NCBI GenBank assembly: GCA_051745145.1
Contig: JBNJDT010000008.1
Span: forward strand, 1 to 59,032
Origin: Elusimicrobiota bacterium
Lineage (GTDB): Bacteria > CG03 > SLGR01 > JAGXOG01
Length of the DNA stretch: 59,032 bases
Direction: 5' to 3'
In this document: positions 1 through 9,890 of the stretch, piece by piece
Layout of the letters: the number at the start of each line of letters is the position of its first letter
How positions within the stretch are numbered: the stretch's first letter is position 1
Translations under genes and position numbers: made by a program
Notes under the pieces: generated by a model
Seen by the model: the letters and a program-made list of their open reading frames with translations, nothing else
Database searches by the model: none
What the model was told of the DNA's origin: nothing

Positions 1-211
1 CGGACAGCAGTCTCGGGTCTGAGAATACTGCAGGGCGAATGCCTTGATGTATGTATATGAAGATCAATTAATGTTGACATATTTAGAATTATATATAAAT
101 AATAAAATTTAAGTCAAATTATATAAAATAAACTTGAAAATATTTGGCAAATCTGATTAAATTAAATGAAAGCCAATTTAGTTTTGCAGTATAATAAAAC
201 AGAGAAAAAAT

Positions 212-1372
212 ATGAATAATTATATAACCAGAAAATTTAAAGACGAGCTTGTCTCCATATACCGATTAAACGGCAATAATAGCGAAGACATAGAAAAGTA
301 TATGGCCTCGACAAGGTATACCCGGGATTTCATGAATTATCCGGAAATAGTGAATATAGATTTTACGGACAAGATGAGAAAGGGCATAGCCGCGGCCCTG
401 ACCGGGATAAATCATCTGAAAAGCCTGAGTTCCATAGATTCCCGGACGGTAAATGTATATCATATTTTAAGGGGAGCTCTTAATTTCCAGGTTTCCCAGG
501 CTTTAAACGAGGCCTTCGGGTATAAATGGCACAGCAGTTCTTATATATCCAGCCAGAGAGTTTTAAAAGAAGGGGAATTTGAGATCAGCGAGGATTTTTA
601 CCGTAAATTCATAGTCCCGGATAACGCTACGATTTACTGCGCGGATATAGTGGCCTCCGGGGTATCCCTGGACAACGCTTTAAAATACCTGGATGCTTTT
701 ATGGACTCCCAGGAGTATTCCCTTAAAAATTTTATATTTTTCACCATAGGATGCGGTAAGGTGGAGAAAATTCTCTCCAAGTGGCACCGTATCTTTAAAG
801 AAAAGTACCCGGATTACCAGGATACAGTACTCTGTTATCTGGAGGGTAAATTTGCCCTGGCCGGCGAAGATACCCCCCTCTATAATACTATGCCAGACAC
901 CGATCTTTTGAGAAATTATAAACTGGGGGCTCTGCTTACTCCCGAATTTGAATACTCCCAGTTTGAAAAACTGATAGTGGCCATGGAGGCCTGCGTGATT
1001 TACGACGGGGGGAAAAAGGGCTTTGAACCGGAAAACCATATAAGGGAAGTTTACGGCTTCTGGAAAAAACAGAAACAGGCTGCCCTGCGGGAAAACATAT
1101 CTTTATGGGATGAATACAATGCCCGTTTTCCTTTGGATAAATATTTTGAGGATATTGAAAACCTGAAAAAAGGTTCGTTTGAACTGTTAAAAGAAAATAA
1201 AAAAGAGACCTGGAAGGGCGTAGGGGCGGAAGAGTATAAAAAATTATTTAACCGGTTTGACATGCTCTGGGACAGTAAACGGATAGACCGGGCTCTGAAA
1301 GATGACAGTTTTCACCAGTTTTGCCTTAAAAAATTAAATTATCTTGAAAGCCTTCAGAAAAAACTCACCTGA
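212..1372 (+). CDS. Phosphoribosyltransferase-fold protein (UPRTase-like, function unknown)
   Basis: 386-aa ORF; PRPP-loop-like motif IYCADIVASGVSL and HILRGAL resembling UPRTase ILRAG. Confidence 0.55.
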   Translation: MNNYITRKFKDELVSIYRLNGNNSEDIEKYMASTRYTRDFMNYPEIVNIDFTDKMRKGIAAALTGINHLKSLSSIDSRTVNVYHILRGALNFQVSQALNEAFGYKWHSSSYISSQRVLKEGEFEISEDFYRKFIVPDNATIYCADIVASGVSLDNALKYLDAFMDSQEYSLKNFIFFTIGCGKVEKILSKWHRIFKEKYPDYQDTVLCYLEGKFALAGEDTPLYNTMPDTDLLRNYKLGALLTPEFEYSQFEKLIVAMEACVIYDGGKKGFEPENHIREVYGFWKKQKQAALRENISLWDEYNARFPLDKYFEDIENLKKGSFELLKENKKETWKGVGAEEYKKLFNRFDMLWDSKRIDRALKDDSFHQFCLKKLNYLESLQKKLT

Positions 1373-1395
1373 TATTAAAGGATTAAATAGACAAT

Positions 1396-1875
1396 ATGAA
1401 CTACAGACCGACAAAACTTTTAACTGAAAACTGTATAAAACCCGATTTAAAGGGAGAAGATGCCGGGCAGGTTATACCGAAAATTGTGGATTTGCTTGTC
1501 CGGGCCGGGAAACTGGACCCCGGTCAGGCGGAAGGTCTTACCGGGCATATTATAGAATCCGAAAAGAAAAAGAGCTCGGCAACAGGGGAGGGCCTGGCTA
1601 TTATCGATATTCACAGCCACTCTGCCGCAGGCAAGAAACCGGCCATAGCCCTTGGAGTATCCCAAAGGGGCGTGGATATGAATTCTTTAGACGGCAAACC
1701 GGTGAATGTAATCTGCCTGGTCCTGGGAAAATCATTTGCCCAGCTCCAGGCCTTAGCTGATATAACCGATATTTTAGATACCCCGGGTATGATTAAGAGG
1801 TTATTAGAATGCACTACCCCCGGACAGATCTACCGGCTTATCAAAGATGCCCAGGATAAGCTCTTAAAAGATTGA
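1396..1875 (+). CDS. PTS EIIA (fructose/mannitol/Ntr family)-like protein, degenerate phospho-site
   Basis: Motifs SSATGEGLAI, ALGVSQRGVDMNSLDGKPVNVI are typical of PTS_EIIA_2; canonical AIPH is AIID. Confidence 0.8.
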   Translation: MNYRPTKLLTENCIKPDLKGEDAGQVIPKIVDLLVRAGKLDPGQAEGLTGHIIESEKKKSSATGEGLAIIDIHSHSAAGKKPAIALGVSQRGVDMNSLDGKPVNVICLVLGKSFAQLQALADITDILDTPGMIKRLLECTTPGQIYRLIKDAQDKLLKD

Positions 1876-1900
1876 TATTCAGCTCTCATAATTATTTTAT

Positions 1901-1929
1901 TTGACAATATAGAAAGCTTGTATTATTAT
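1901..1929 (+). promoter_or_regulatory. sigma70-type promoter of pilin gene
   Basis: TTGACA-N17-TATTAT, followed by strong RBS AAGGAGGTG before ATG 1968. Confidence 0.65.
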
Positions 1930-1967
1930 TTAAGTAGGAAATCTTAACAAAAAGGAGGTGAGATTTT

Positions 1968-2471
1968 ATGTTTATGAAAAATGAGAAGGGCTTCACCCTT
2001 ATCGAGCTGATGATAGTTGTAGCAATAATAGGTATCTTAGCAGCGGTGGCAATTCCAAGATTTGCCGACCTTATCGATAGGGCCAAAGAAGCTCAGACAA
2101 AAGGAAACCTTAGTTCTCTAAGGAGCGCTGTATCTATCTACTACGGCTCCAACCAGGGAGAGGCGCCTTATTCGACGACTTATGATTCGTCAACTGATGA
2201 GGATACTGCGGCTGATTTACAGACCGCTCTGGTAGATGAGTATATAAGCTCTATTCCTTCCGGAGAAGTTCCGTTTATTGATACGGATGACGACGGCGAA
2301 AGTAATTCTAGCGCAAGCTGGGAGCAAAATGTTGATGCTACGTTCAATAATTATGGTTCGCCGACAAACCCGGAAGTGACAGATGGCTGGTCGTATGATC
2401 CTAACGGTCCGAATACCTGGATTGGTATATCAGGCGCGGATACCGGCGGTGAATCTATTCACTCCTGGTAA
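1968..2471 (+). CDS. Type IV pilin / pseudopilin (N-methylation motif)
   Basis: [24 protein letters not shown] class III signal peptide with Glu5; acidic Ser/Thr-rich C-terminal domain. Confidence 0.92.
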   Translation: MFMKNEKGFTLIELMIVVAIIGILAAVAIPRFADLIDRAKEAQTKGNLSSLRSAVSIYYGSNQGEAPYSTTYDSSTDEDTAADLQTALVDEYISSIPSGEVPFIDTDDDGESNSSASWEQNVDATFNNYGSPTNPEVTDGWSYDPNGPNTWIGISGADTGGESIHSW

Positions 2472-2516
2472 TACCGGCTAAGCTAAGGTAAATTAGTAGA
2501 AGAGTAAAAGTACAGG

Positions 2517-2556
2517 GCGGGGAAGATTTCAAGAATAATCTTCCCCGCTTTTTTTT
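2517..2556 (+). terminator. Rho-independent terminator after pilin
   Basis: GCGGGGAAGATT-8 nt loop-AATCTTCCCCGC followed by T8. Confidence 0.9.
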
Positions 2557-2610
2557 ATTTTCCGCGCTCTTCAAGATTGCAAAAATTAATTAAATACGGA
2601 GAAATTAGTT

Positions 2611-4266
2611 ATTAAAAAAAGTGGCCTAAAATTTAAAAACATCTGGTTCTGGTCTTTTTTTATTCTCATCCCCCTTATACATACCTCTCTTTTTAAAGAG
2701 GCTTTTACCGGCCCTAAAGCAGTTGCCGGGGGGATATTTTTGGCTGCGCTGGTTTTTTTATGGGGATTTGAAAATTTTTTCAAAAGTCCGTTTAGATATC
2801 CCGCCGGACTGATGCTGATTTATACCGCAGCGGTTCTTCTTACAACCGGGAATTACGTTTTTCTGGGGGGACATTACCTGGCCTTAACTGCGGTCCTTTT
2901 TGCGCTGGGAATTGTATCCGGAAGGTCTACGGAAAATTTTAAGCTGAAACTGATGTCCACGGCCCTCGTTCTTCTTGGAATTATAACTTTTTTTGCCCTG
3001 GCCCAGAAACTGGGTTTGCCGGATTTTAGCTTCCGGTTTTCAAATACAAAGATACCCTATACCTCTTTGGGAAACAGGAACTATACCGCCGATCTTATAA
3101 TACTGCTTTTCCCTTTTCTTATAGCCGCCTTTGAACAGATTTCCCGGAAGTATCTTTGGGGGTTTGTACCGGTACTTTCGGCGCTGGTATTTACCCGGTC
3201 ATTGAGGGGCGCTGCCGGGCTGGGAGCCGTACTCTTATTTTACTTTATCTTCTCCGGAGGCAAATTTAAAAAGGTGTATGGTGCTATTTTCATCCTGTTT
3301 TTATGCGGGGTCTCCATTTTTAGTTTTAAAAACAGGGACCGCATTGTCAGGGTAAATTTAAAACCCCGGTTTTTAATGTGGCGGGTTGCCAAAAATATGG
3401 CCTTTGATTCTCCGGTATTGGGGCAGGGGCTGGGAACTTTCGAATATTATTATCCAAAGTATCAGGAAGAGTTTTTCAAGGATAAGGATGAGCGGATAGA
3501 TAAGTACAAAAATCTGGCCCAGAATCCTCAAAGAGCCAACAATGAGTACCTCCATATTTTTGCAGAGACCGGAATTATCGGGCTGCTTCTTTTTGTAATA
3601 ATTTTTGGGTTATGGTTTAAAAAACTGGATTTAGAAGATAGGAAAGTGAGTCTTCCCGCCGGAGCGGGAGCAGCCGGAATACTTGTAAGCGGGCTCGTGG
3701 GTTTTCCCTTCCACCGGCCGTCTATAATATTTTTGCTGGCTATTATAATGGGATTGACCGTGCAGCCTGCGCACGGTGAGAAAAAATTAATCAAGAGAAA
3801 CAAAATATATGATTACACCGTAATAATTCTTGTCTTATTTTTAGCAGCGGCATTCTCTTTTTGCCAGATTTTCTGGGAGGATGCCCGGAGAGAATTTACC
3901 GAGCGCAGTTACGGCCCGGCCCTGGAAAAAAGCAAAAAAGCATTGACATTCAGTTTTATTCCGGGTAAAATTTACTTTCTCAGGGGCCGTATTTTTTACA
4001 GGGAAGGGAAGTATTTTAATGCCATAGAAAGTTATGATAAGGCTGCCGCCTCCTACGCCCACCGGTCTCTCTATTTTAACAGGGGGCTGGCCTATTTAAA
4101 AATATCCCGGCCGGATAGGGCTAAAAAAGATATGGAAAGGGCTTTTTATACTACCCCGAATTTTAAACCGGCCGCTGATATTTTGGGGAAAATATATAAA
4201 ATAGAGCAGGAAAATTTTAAAGAAAATGAAAACAGAAATTTACGGATAGAAAAGTCAGGTGATTAG
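2611..4266 (+). CDS. O-antigen ligase (Wzy_C)-family membrane protein with C-terminal TPR; candidate pilin O-oligosaccharyltransferase
   Basis: Many TM helices; SLGNRN, TRSLRG, PVLGQGLGTF, NEYLHIFAETGIIG motifs; TPR-like tail. ORF track starts at TTG 2740 but the frame is open from 2590 with GGAG 9 nt before ATT 2611, so the start is uncertain. Confidence 0.8.
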   Translation: MKKSGLKFKNIWFWSFFILIPLIHTSLFKEAFTGPKAVAGGIFLAALVFLWGFENFFKSPFRYPAGLMLIYTAAVLLTTGNYVFLGGHYLALTAVLFALGIVSGRSTENFKLKLMSTALVLLGIITFFALAQKLGLPDFSFRFSNTKIPYTSLGNRNYTADLIILLFPFLIAAFEQISRKYLWGFVPVLSALVFTRSLRGAAGLGAVLLFYFIFSGGKFKKVYGAIFILFLCGVSIFSFKNRDRIVRVNLKPRFLMWRVAKNMAFDSPVLGQGLGTFEYYYPKYQEEFFKDKDERIDKYKNLAQNPQRANNEYLHIFAETGIIGLLLFVIIFGLWFKKLDLEDRKVSLPAGAGAAGILVSGLVGFPFHRPSIIFLLAIIMGLTVQPAHGEKKLIKRNKIYDYTVIILVLFLAAAFSFCQIFWEDARREFTERSYGPALEKSKKALTFSFIPGKIYFLRGRIFYREGKYFNAIESYDKAAASYAHRSLYFNRGLAYLKISRPDRAKKDMERAFYTTPNFKPAADILGKIYKIEQENFKENENRNLRIEKSGD

Positions 4267-5044
4267 CGCATACCAATATACTTTAATTTTTATCACGGGC
4301 CTGGTACTGGGCAGCTTTGCCAACGTATGTATTTACAGGCTGCCCAGGGAAGAGTCCATAATTCTACCGGGCTCCCGCTGCCCGCAATGCAAACATAAAA
4401 TACCCTGGTATCTGAATATACCCCTGGTAAGTTATATAATTTTAAAGGGTAAGTGCAAATACTGCCGGGAATCTATAAGTTTCAGATATCCGGCTGTAGA
4501 ATTTATAACTGCCGTACTGACTACCTTGTGGTGGGTAAAATTCTCCCCCGGTTTTACAGCGTTTTTATTTTCGGTATTTGGAGTATTTCTCATTGTAATA
4601 TCGGGAGTTGATATAGATTTTAAAGTAATTCCCCCCCAGTGCAGCTACGGTTTAATGATCACCGGATTAGCATCGGCTCCCTTTAACAGTTTTTTAGATG
4701 CCGGGTTGGGGAGCTCTTTTTTGGGACTGGCCGTGGCCGGTATTTTGCTCATGGCCGTACGGAAATTCGGGAGTTATATATTTAAAAAAGAAGCCCTGGG
4801 ACTGGGGGATATTAAACTTTTAATGGGCATAGGAGCTTTTACGGGAACAGGGGGAGTGCTGGGGACTTTATTTATAGGAAGCCTGCTGGGAAGTATCCTC
4901 GGGCTAATATTCCGGTTTGCCGGTAAAATCAAAAAATTAGAATATATTCCGTTTGGTCCCTACCTGGCCGGGGGCAGCGTTATCTATATTTTTTTTAGAG
5001 AATTTTTTATAAATTTATTTTTCAATGCCCCCTACCTGCCCTGA
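4259..5044 (+). CDS. pilD: Prepilin peptidase / N-methyltransferase
   Basis: GSFANVCIYRLP, two CxxC pairs (CPQC, CKYC), LGLGDIKL, IPFGPYL. Confidence 0.93.
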   Translation: MISAYQYTLIFITGLVLGSFANVCIYRLPREESIILPGSRCPQCKHKIPWYLNIPLVSYIILKGKCKYCRESISFRYPAVEFITAVLTTLWWVKFSPGFTAFLFSVFGVFLIVISGVDIDFKVIPPQCSYGLMITGLASAPFNSFLDAGLGSSFLGLAVAGILLMAVRKFGSYIFKKEALGLGDIKLLMGIGAFTGTGGVLGTLFIGSLLGSILGLIFRFAGKIKKLEYIPFGPYLAGGSVIYIFFREFFINLFFNAPYLP

Positions 5045-5183
5045 AACTTATTATTGCAACAATCATAAATAGATGTTATAATTATAATTTAAAAAATAAT
5101 TCAGAAAAAAATGTATTTAAAAATAAATTTGAAAATTGATATAAATTTCAGTAAAAATATAATGTGAAAGACGGAGTTTAAAT

Positions 5184-7589
5184 GTGAGTTCAAAATCCAA
5201 AAAAGAAAAAATAGCCCAAAAAATAAAAAACAAAGAAGATATAACAGTCCTTGTTGTTGATAATGACGAGGATATAAGAGCTGATCTAAAAGATATTCTT
5301 ACAGAGAATAACTATGAAGTTGCCCAGGCGGGAACCGGCGGAAAAGCCCTGAAAAAAATTGATGAAGATTTTTTTAATTTAGTTATATTGGATTCTCATC
5401 TTCCGGATATGGATGGCATTGAGCTGGCCCGGAAGGTCAAAAATAAAAGTGAAAAAACAGAGATGCTTATTTTAACCGGGAACGCTTCCTTAGAGAACGC
5501 CATCGAGGCCGTAAAAGAAGACATATACCAGTATCTTACCAAACCGGTGGAACCGGAAAAATTAATAGAGGCCGTAAAGAGCGCCCTGGAAAAGCAGTTT
5601 TTAGTTATAGAAAATCGCCGGTTGATGGAAAATTTAAAAGAGACCAATGAAAAGTATAGAGAATTAAGTAAGTTTAAGGACGGGGTAATCTCCATGATTT
5701 CCCATGATCTGCGGTCTCCTATTTCCTCTATCCGGGGGTTCCATAAATCTTTGCTGGCCGAGCATACGGGTAAATTAACTGATATGCAAAAAGAGATAAT
5801 AGAGACTGAAGCTGAAGCTGTTGACAGTATGATGGAGCTGATAAACAATATACTGGATATGCGCCAGATAGAGGCCGGAGAATTCCGGGTAGATAAAGAG
5901 CCGGTTAACCTTAAAGAAGAGGTTATAGATACGCTGGTAAAGAGATTAGGACCTCAGATAAAAGATGGAGATTTTAATTTAAAAGTAAACTACAATACAG
6001 ACCTGGAAAAAGTAGAAATCGACGGGGGAAGAGTACGGCAGGTAATTCAGAATTTACTTCAGAATGCTTTTAAATTTACTCCCAAAGGGGGAGAGATAAC
6101 CATTGAAGTAACCCGCCCCGACGAAGATTACCTGCAGGTCAGCATCCAGGATACGGGAAAGGGGATGGATAAAGAGACCCAGAGCACCATTTTTAAGGCG
6201 TTTTACACTCAGGACGATGAAAAGAGAGAAAAAAGTAAAAAAGGCCGGGGACTGGGGCTGTCCATATGTAAGGAAATAATAAATGCTCACGGCGGCCGGA
6301 TATGGGCCGAATCCGAAGGGGAGGGGAAGGGCAGTGATTTTAAATTTAAAATTCCGATAAACCGGGAAGAGAAGAAAGAGAAAAGAGGGCAAACCCCGAA
6401 GAGTAACGAAGAAGAAACAGTTCAAGAAGATAAAAAAGATCAGAAAATTAAAGTTCTTGTAGTAGATGACGAACAGACTATAAGAATAACTTTGCAGTTT
6501 ATCCTCGAGGATAATGACTATATCGTCGAAGTTGCCGCAGACGGCAGGGAAGCTTTAGAAAAAATTGATGAACAATTTTTTAATATAGCTGTTTTGGATT
6601 ACCGGCTTCCCGATATAGACGGCATAGAACTGGCCAGGAAAGTCAAGGAGAAAAGCGAGGAGACGGAGATACTTATTTTAACGGGAAATGCCTCTTTAGA
6701 AAGTGCAATAGAAGCCGTAAAAGAAGATATATACGAGTATCTTACTAAACCCATAGAGCCGGAAGAATTAATTGATGTCATAGAGAGCGCTACGGAAAAA
6801 CAGTTTTTGATTATGGAAAATAAGCGGCTCATGGAAAATTTGAAAAAATCAAATGAAAAATACAGAAGGCTGAATAAATTTAAGGACGGAATAATTTCCA
6901 TGATTTCCCACGATCTGCGATCCCCCATATCTTCTATAAGAGGTTTTCACAAATCCCTGCTGGCCGGACATACCGGAGAATTGACGGATATGCAAAAAGA
7001 AATAGTGGAGACCGAAGAAGAAGCCGTGGACAGTATGATGGAGCTGATAAACAATATACTGGATATGCGCCAGATAGAGGCCGGCGAATTTAACGTGGAG
7101 AGAGAACCGACGGATTTTGAAGAGGATGTAATAAATGCCCTGGTAAAGAGACTGGCTCCCCAGATAGAGGAACGCGATCTTAACCTGGAGGTAAATTACA
7201 GTGCGGATATTAAAAAGGTGGAAATTGACGGCGGAAGAATACGCCAGGTAGTTCAGAATTTACTTCAGAATGCCTTTAAATTCACCCCCAAGGGGGGAGA
7301 TATAACCATTAATGTGACTCAGCCGGAGGAAGATTATATCCGGGTAAGCGTCGAGGATACCGGTAAGGGCATGAATAAAGAGACTTTAAATACGATTTTT
7401 GAAGCTTTTTATACTCGAGATGATGAAAAGAGAGAAAAAAATAAAAAAGGCCGGGGGCTGGGTCTGTCAATCTGTAAAGAAATTGTAAACGCCCACGGCG
7501 GCCGGATATGGGCCGAATCCGAGGGAGAAGGAGAGGGCAGTAGTTTTAAATTTGACCTACCTGTTAAAGACGGTGGAAAAGATAGTTAA
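5184..7589 (+). CDS. Hybrid histidine kinase with tandem duplicated REC-HisKA-HATPase modules
   Basis: Two receiver domains (VVDND/VVDDE, LDSHLP/LDYRLP), two H-boxes SHDLRSP, two NLLQNAFKFT N-boxes, two GRGLGL G2 boxes. Confidence 0.92.
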   Translation: MSSKSKKEKIAQKIKNKEDITVLVVDNDEDIRADLKDILTENNYEVAQAGTGGKALKKIDEDFFNLVILDSHLPDMDGIELARKVKNKSEKTEMLILTGNASLENAIEAVKEDIYQYLTKPVEPEKLIEAVKSALEKQFLVIENRRLMENLKETNEKYRELSKFKDGVISMISHDLRSPISSIRGFHKSLLAEHTGKLTDMQKEIIETEAEAVDSMMELINNILDMRQIEAGEFRVDKEPVNLKEEVIDTLVKRLGPQIKDGDFNLKVNYNTDLEKVEIDGGRVRQVIQNLLQNAFKFTPKGGEITIEVTRPDEDYLQVSIQDTGKGMDKETQSTIFKAFYTQDDEKREKSKKGRGLGLSICKEIINAHGGRIWAESEGEGKGSDFKFKIPINREEKKEKRGQTPKSNEEETVQEDKKDQKIKVLVVDDEQTIRITLQFILEDNDYIVEVAADGREALEKIDEQFFNIAVLDYRLPDIDGIELARKVKEKSEETEILILTGNASLESAIEAVKEDIYEYLTKPIEPEELIDVIESATEKQFLIMENKRLMENLKKSNEKYRRLNKFKDGIISMISHDLRSPISSIRGFHKSLLAGHTGELTDMQKEIVETEEEAVDSMMELINNILDMRQIEAGEFNVEREPTDFEEDVINALVKRLAPQIEERDLNLEVNYSADIKKVEIDGGRIRQVVQNLLQNAFKFTPKGGDITINVTQPEEDYIRVSVEDTGKGMNKETLNTIFEAFYTRDDEKREKNKKGRGLGLSICKEIVNAHGGRIWAESEGEGEGSSFKFDLPVKDGGKDS

Positions 7590-7703
7590 CACCATCCTGA
7601 TAGACTTCGGAATAAATGACTAAAAATTTTAGTTTTATAAATTAAATAATTTTTTTAAAATTAATCTTAATTTTACTTTCCAAATCTAATAAAATCAGTT
7701 AAT

Positions 7704-7731
7704 TTGACATCAAAAATATAAGTTTTATAAT
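7704..7731 (+). promoter_or_regulatory. sigma70-type promoter of groESL
   Basis: TTGACA-N16-TATAAT upstream of RBS AGGAGG. Confidence 0.7.
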
Positions 7732-7779
7732 AGGGTGTTAAGGAAATGAGATAATGATATATGAGAAGGAGGTATTCGT

Positions 7780-8067
7780 ATGAGTTTTAAACCATTAGGA
7801 GACAGGGTTTTAGTTAGACCGATACAGGAAGAAGAAGAAACAGAAAGCGGTATAATAATTCCAGAAACCGCTAAAGAAAAACCCCAAAAAGGGGTGGTTG
7901 AGGCAGTAGGACCCGGTAAAATTACAGAAGCCGGAGATAAGTTGCCCATGAACGTAAAAGAAGGTGACAATGTGTTATTCGGAAAATATGCCGGGGATGA
8001 AATCCAGCTTGACGGCGATGATTTTCTTATTATGCACGAGACAGATATACTGGGAATTGTAGAATAA
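7780..8067 (+). CDS. groES: Co-chaperonin GroES
   Basis: KPLGDRVLV, SGIIIPETAKEKPQ, AVGPG. Confidence 0.98.
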   Translation: MSFKPLGDRVLVRPIQEEEETESGIIIPETAKEKPQKGVVEAVGPGKITEAGDKLPMNVKEGDNVLFGKYAGDEIQLDGDDFLIMHETDILGIVE

Positions 8068-8082
8068 CAAGGAGGATTAAAT

Positions 8083-9741
8083 ATGGCTAAATTATTAAAA
8101 TATGACGATCAGGCTTCAAACGCTCTCTTAGAGGGAGTTCATAAAATGGCGGACGCCGTTCAGATAACTTTAGGACCCAAAGGCAGTCAGGTGCTTATGG
8201 AAAAAAGTTTTGGCGCCCCTACTATTTCATCAGACGGTGTTACTATAGCCGAAGAGATAGAAGTTGGAGATAAATTTGAAAATATGGGTGCGCAGCTTTT
8301 AAAAGAGATAGCTTCTCAGACTAACGATGTTGCCGGCGACGGTACAACAACGGCAATAGTCTTGGGAAGATCAATGATACAGGAAGGATTCCGGAATATA
8401 ACAGCCGGAGCCAATCCCCGCCACGTACAAGCGGGCATCCACAAAGCTGTTGATAAAGTAGTTGAGGATATAAGATCTAAATCCAAACAGATTAAAAATA
8501 AGGATGAAATTTCCCAGGTGGCTTCTATATCCGCTACTGATAAAGAAGTAGGGGAACTGATAGCCACGGCTATGGACAAAGTCGGTAAGGACGGTGTAAT
8601 TTCCGTAGAAGAAGGTAAAACTGCCCAGACCGAACTTGATGTAGTGGAAGGAATGCAGTTTGACAGAGGGTACCAGTCGCCTTATTTTGTAACCGATCAG
8701 GAAAGAATGGAGGCTGTACTGAACGACCCCTATATACTGATAACCGACCAGAAAATATCTAATATGCAGGAACTTGTTCCTCTTTTAGAAAGTGTGGCCA
8801 AATCAGGAAAAGGGCTGATGATTATAGCCGAAGAAGTTGAAGGCGAAGCTCTTGCCACTCTGGTTGTAAATAAATTAAAAGGCAGTTTAAAGACAGTAGC
8901 TGTTAAAGCGCCGGGTTTTGGAGACAGAAGAAAGAATATGCTTGAAGATATAGCTGCTTTAACCGGCGGAGAAGTAATTTCCGAAGACAGAGGAATGAAA
9001 CTTGAAAGCGCCGATATAAATCTTCTCGGTTCTGCCAAAAGAATAACCGTTGATGACGATAATACAACAATTGTCGGAGGTAAGGGCGACAAAGAGGATA
9101 TAGACGACAGAGTAAATAAAATTCGCCGGCAGATAGAAGAGTCCGATTCTGATTATGACCGGGAAAAACTTGAAGAACGCCTGGCAAAATTAGTTGGCGG
9201 CGTTGCAGTTATAAAAGTAGGTGCGTCTACCGAAACCGAAATGAAAGCCAAAAAATTCAAAGTAGAAGATGCCGTAAGCGCAACCCGAGCGGCTGTTGAA
9301 GAAGGCATAGTCATAGGCGGAGGAGTGGCACTTTTTTCTGCTATAAGTTCTTTAGATGGTATTGAAACCCAGGATAAAGACGAACAGGTGGGTGTGGATA
9401 TTGTCAGAAAAGTGCTTGAAGCTCCTGCCCGTCAGATTGCTAAAAATTCCGGTGCCGAAGGCTCTATTGTTTTAAATAAAATAAAAGAGTCGGCTGAAGG
9501 CACAGGATACGATGCAGAAGCCGGAGAATATGTGGATATGGTAGAAAGAGGAATAATAGATCCTGTAAAAGTGACCAGGTCGGCCATTGAAAATGCCGCG
9601 TCGGTTGCTTCTACCTTACTTACCACCAAATGCCTCATAGCGGAAAACCCCGATGATGAGGAAGACGGCGGCGGTGCCGGAGGCGGTATGCCAGCCGGTG
9701 GAATGGGGGGCATGGGCGGTGGAATGCCCGGCATGATGTAA
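8083..9741 (+). CDS. groEL: Chaperonin GroEL
   Basis: [22 protein letters not shown]-terminal GGM repeats. Confidence 0.99.
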   Translation: MAKLLKYDDQASNALLEGVHKMADAVQITLGPKGSQVLMEKSFGAPTISSDGVTIAEEIEVGDKFENMGAQLLKEIASQTNDVAGDGTTTAIVLGRSMIQEGFRNITAGANPRHVQAGIHKAVDKVVEDIRSKSKQIKNKDEISQVASISATDKEVGELIATAMDKVGKDGVISVEEGKTAQTELDVVEGMQFDRGYQSPYFVTDQERMEAVLNDPYILITDQKISNMQELVPLLESVAKSGKGLMIIAEEVEGEALATLVVNKLKGSLKTVAVKAPGFGDRRKNMLEDIAALTGGEVISEDRGMKLESADINLLGSAKRITVDDDNTTIVGGKGDKEDIDDRVNKIRRQIEESDSDYDREKLEERLAKLVGGVAVIKVGASTETEMKAKKFKVEDAVSATRAAVEEGIVIGGGVALFSAISSLDGIETQDKDEQVGVDIVRKVLEAPARQIAKNSGAEGSIVLNKIKESAEGTGYDAEAGEYVDMVERGIIDPVKVTRSAIENAASVASTLLTTKCLIAENPDDEEDGGGAGGGMPAGGMGGMGGGMPGMM

Positions 9742-9795
9742 GAGCCGCAGGATTATTTGAAATCTCCCTTGACGGGAATTTCAAATAGAAGTTAT

Positions 9796-9852
9796 AAACC
9801 CCTTCACCAGACCAGGTATGTATACTGCCTTTAAATGGTGAAGGGGTTTTTT
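9796..9852 (+). terminator. Rho-independent terminator after groEL
   Basis: AAACCCCTTCACCA...TGGTGAAGGGGTTT inverted repeat plus T run; a second hairpin lies at 9754-9787. Confidence 0.8.
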
Positions 9853-9890
9853 ATTTGACAAAGGGGATGCAAAAGTTTTAAATAAGTAGT

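Noticed and set aside
1..60. Possible 3' end of an upstream CDS (RTAVSGLRILQGECLDVCI*)
   Set aside because: Too short to assign a frame or product
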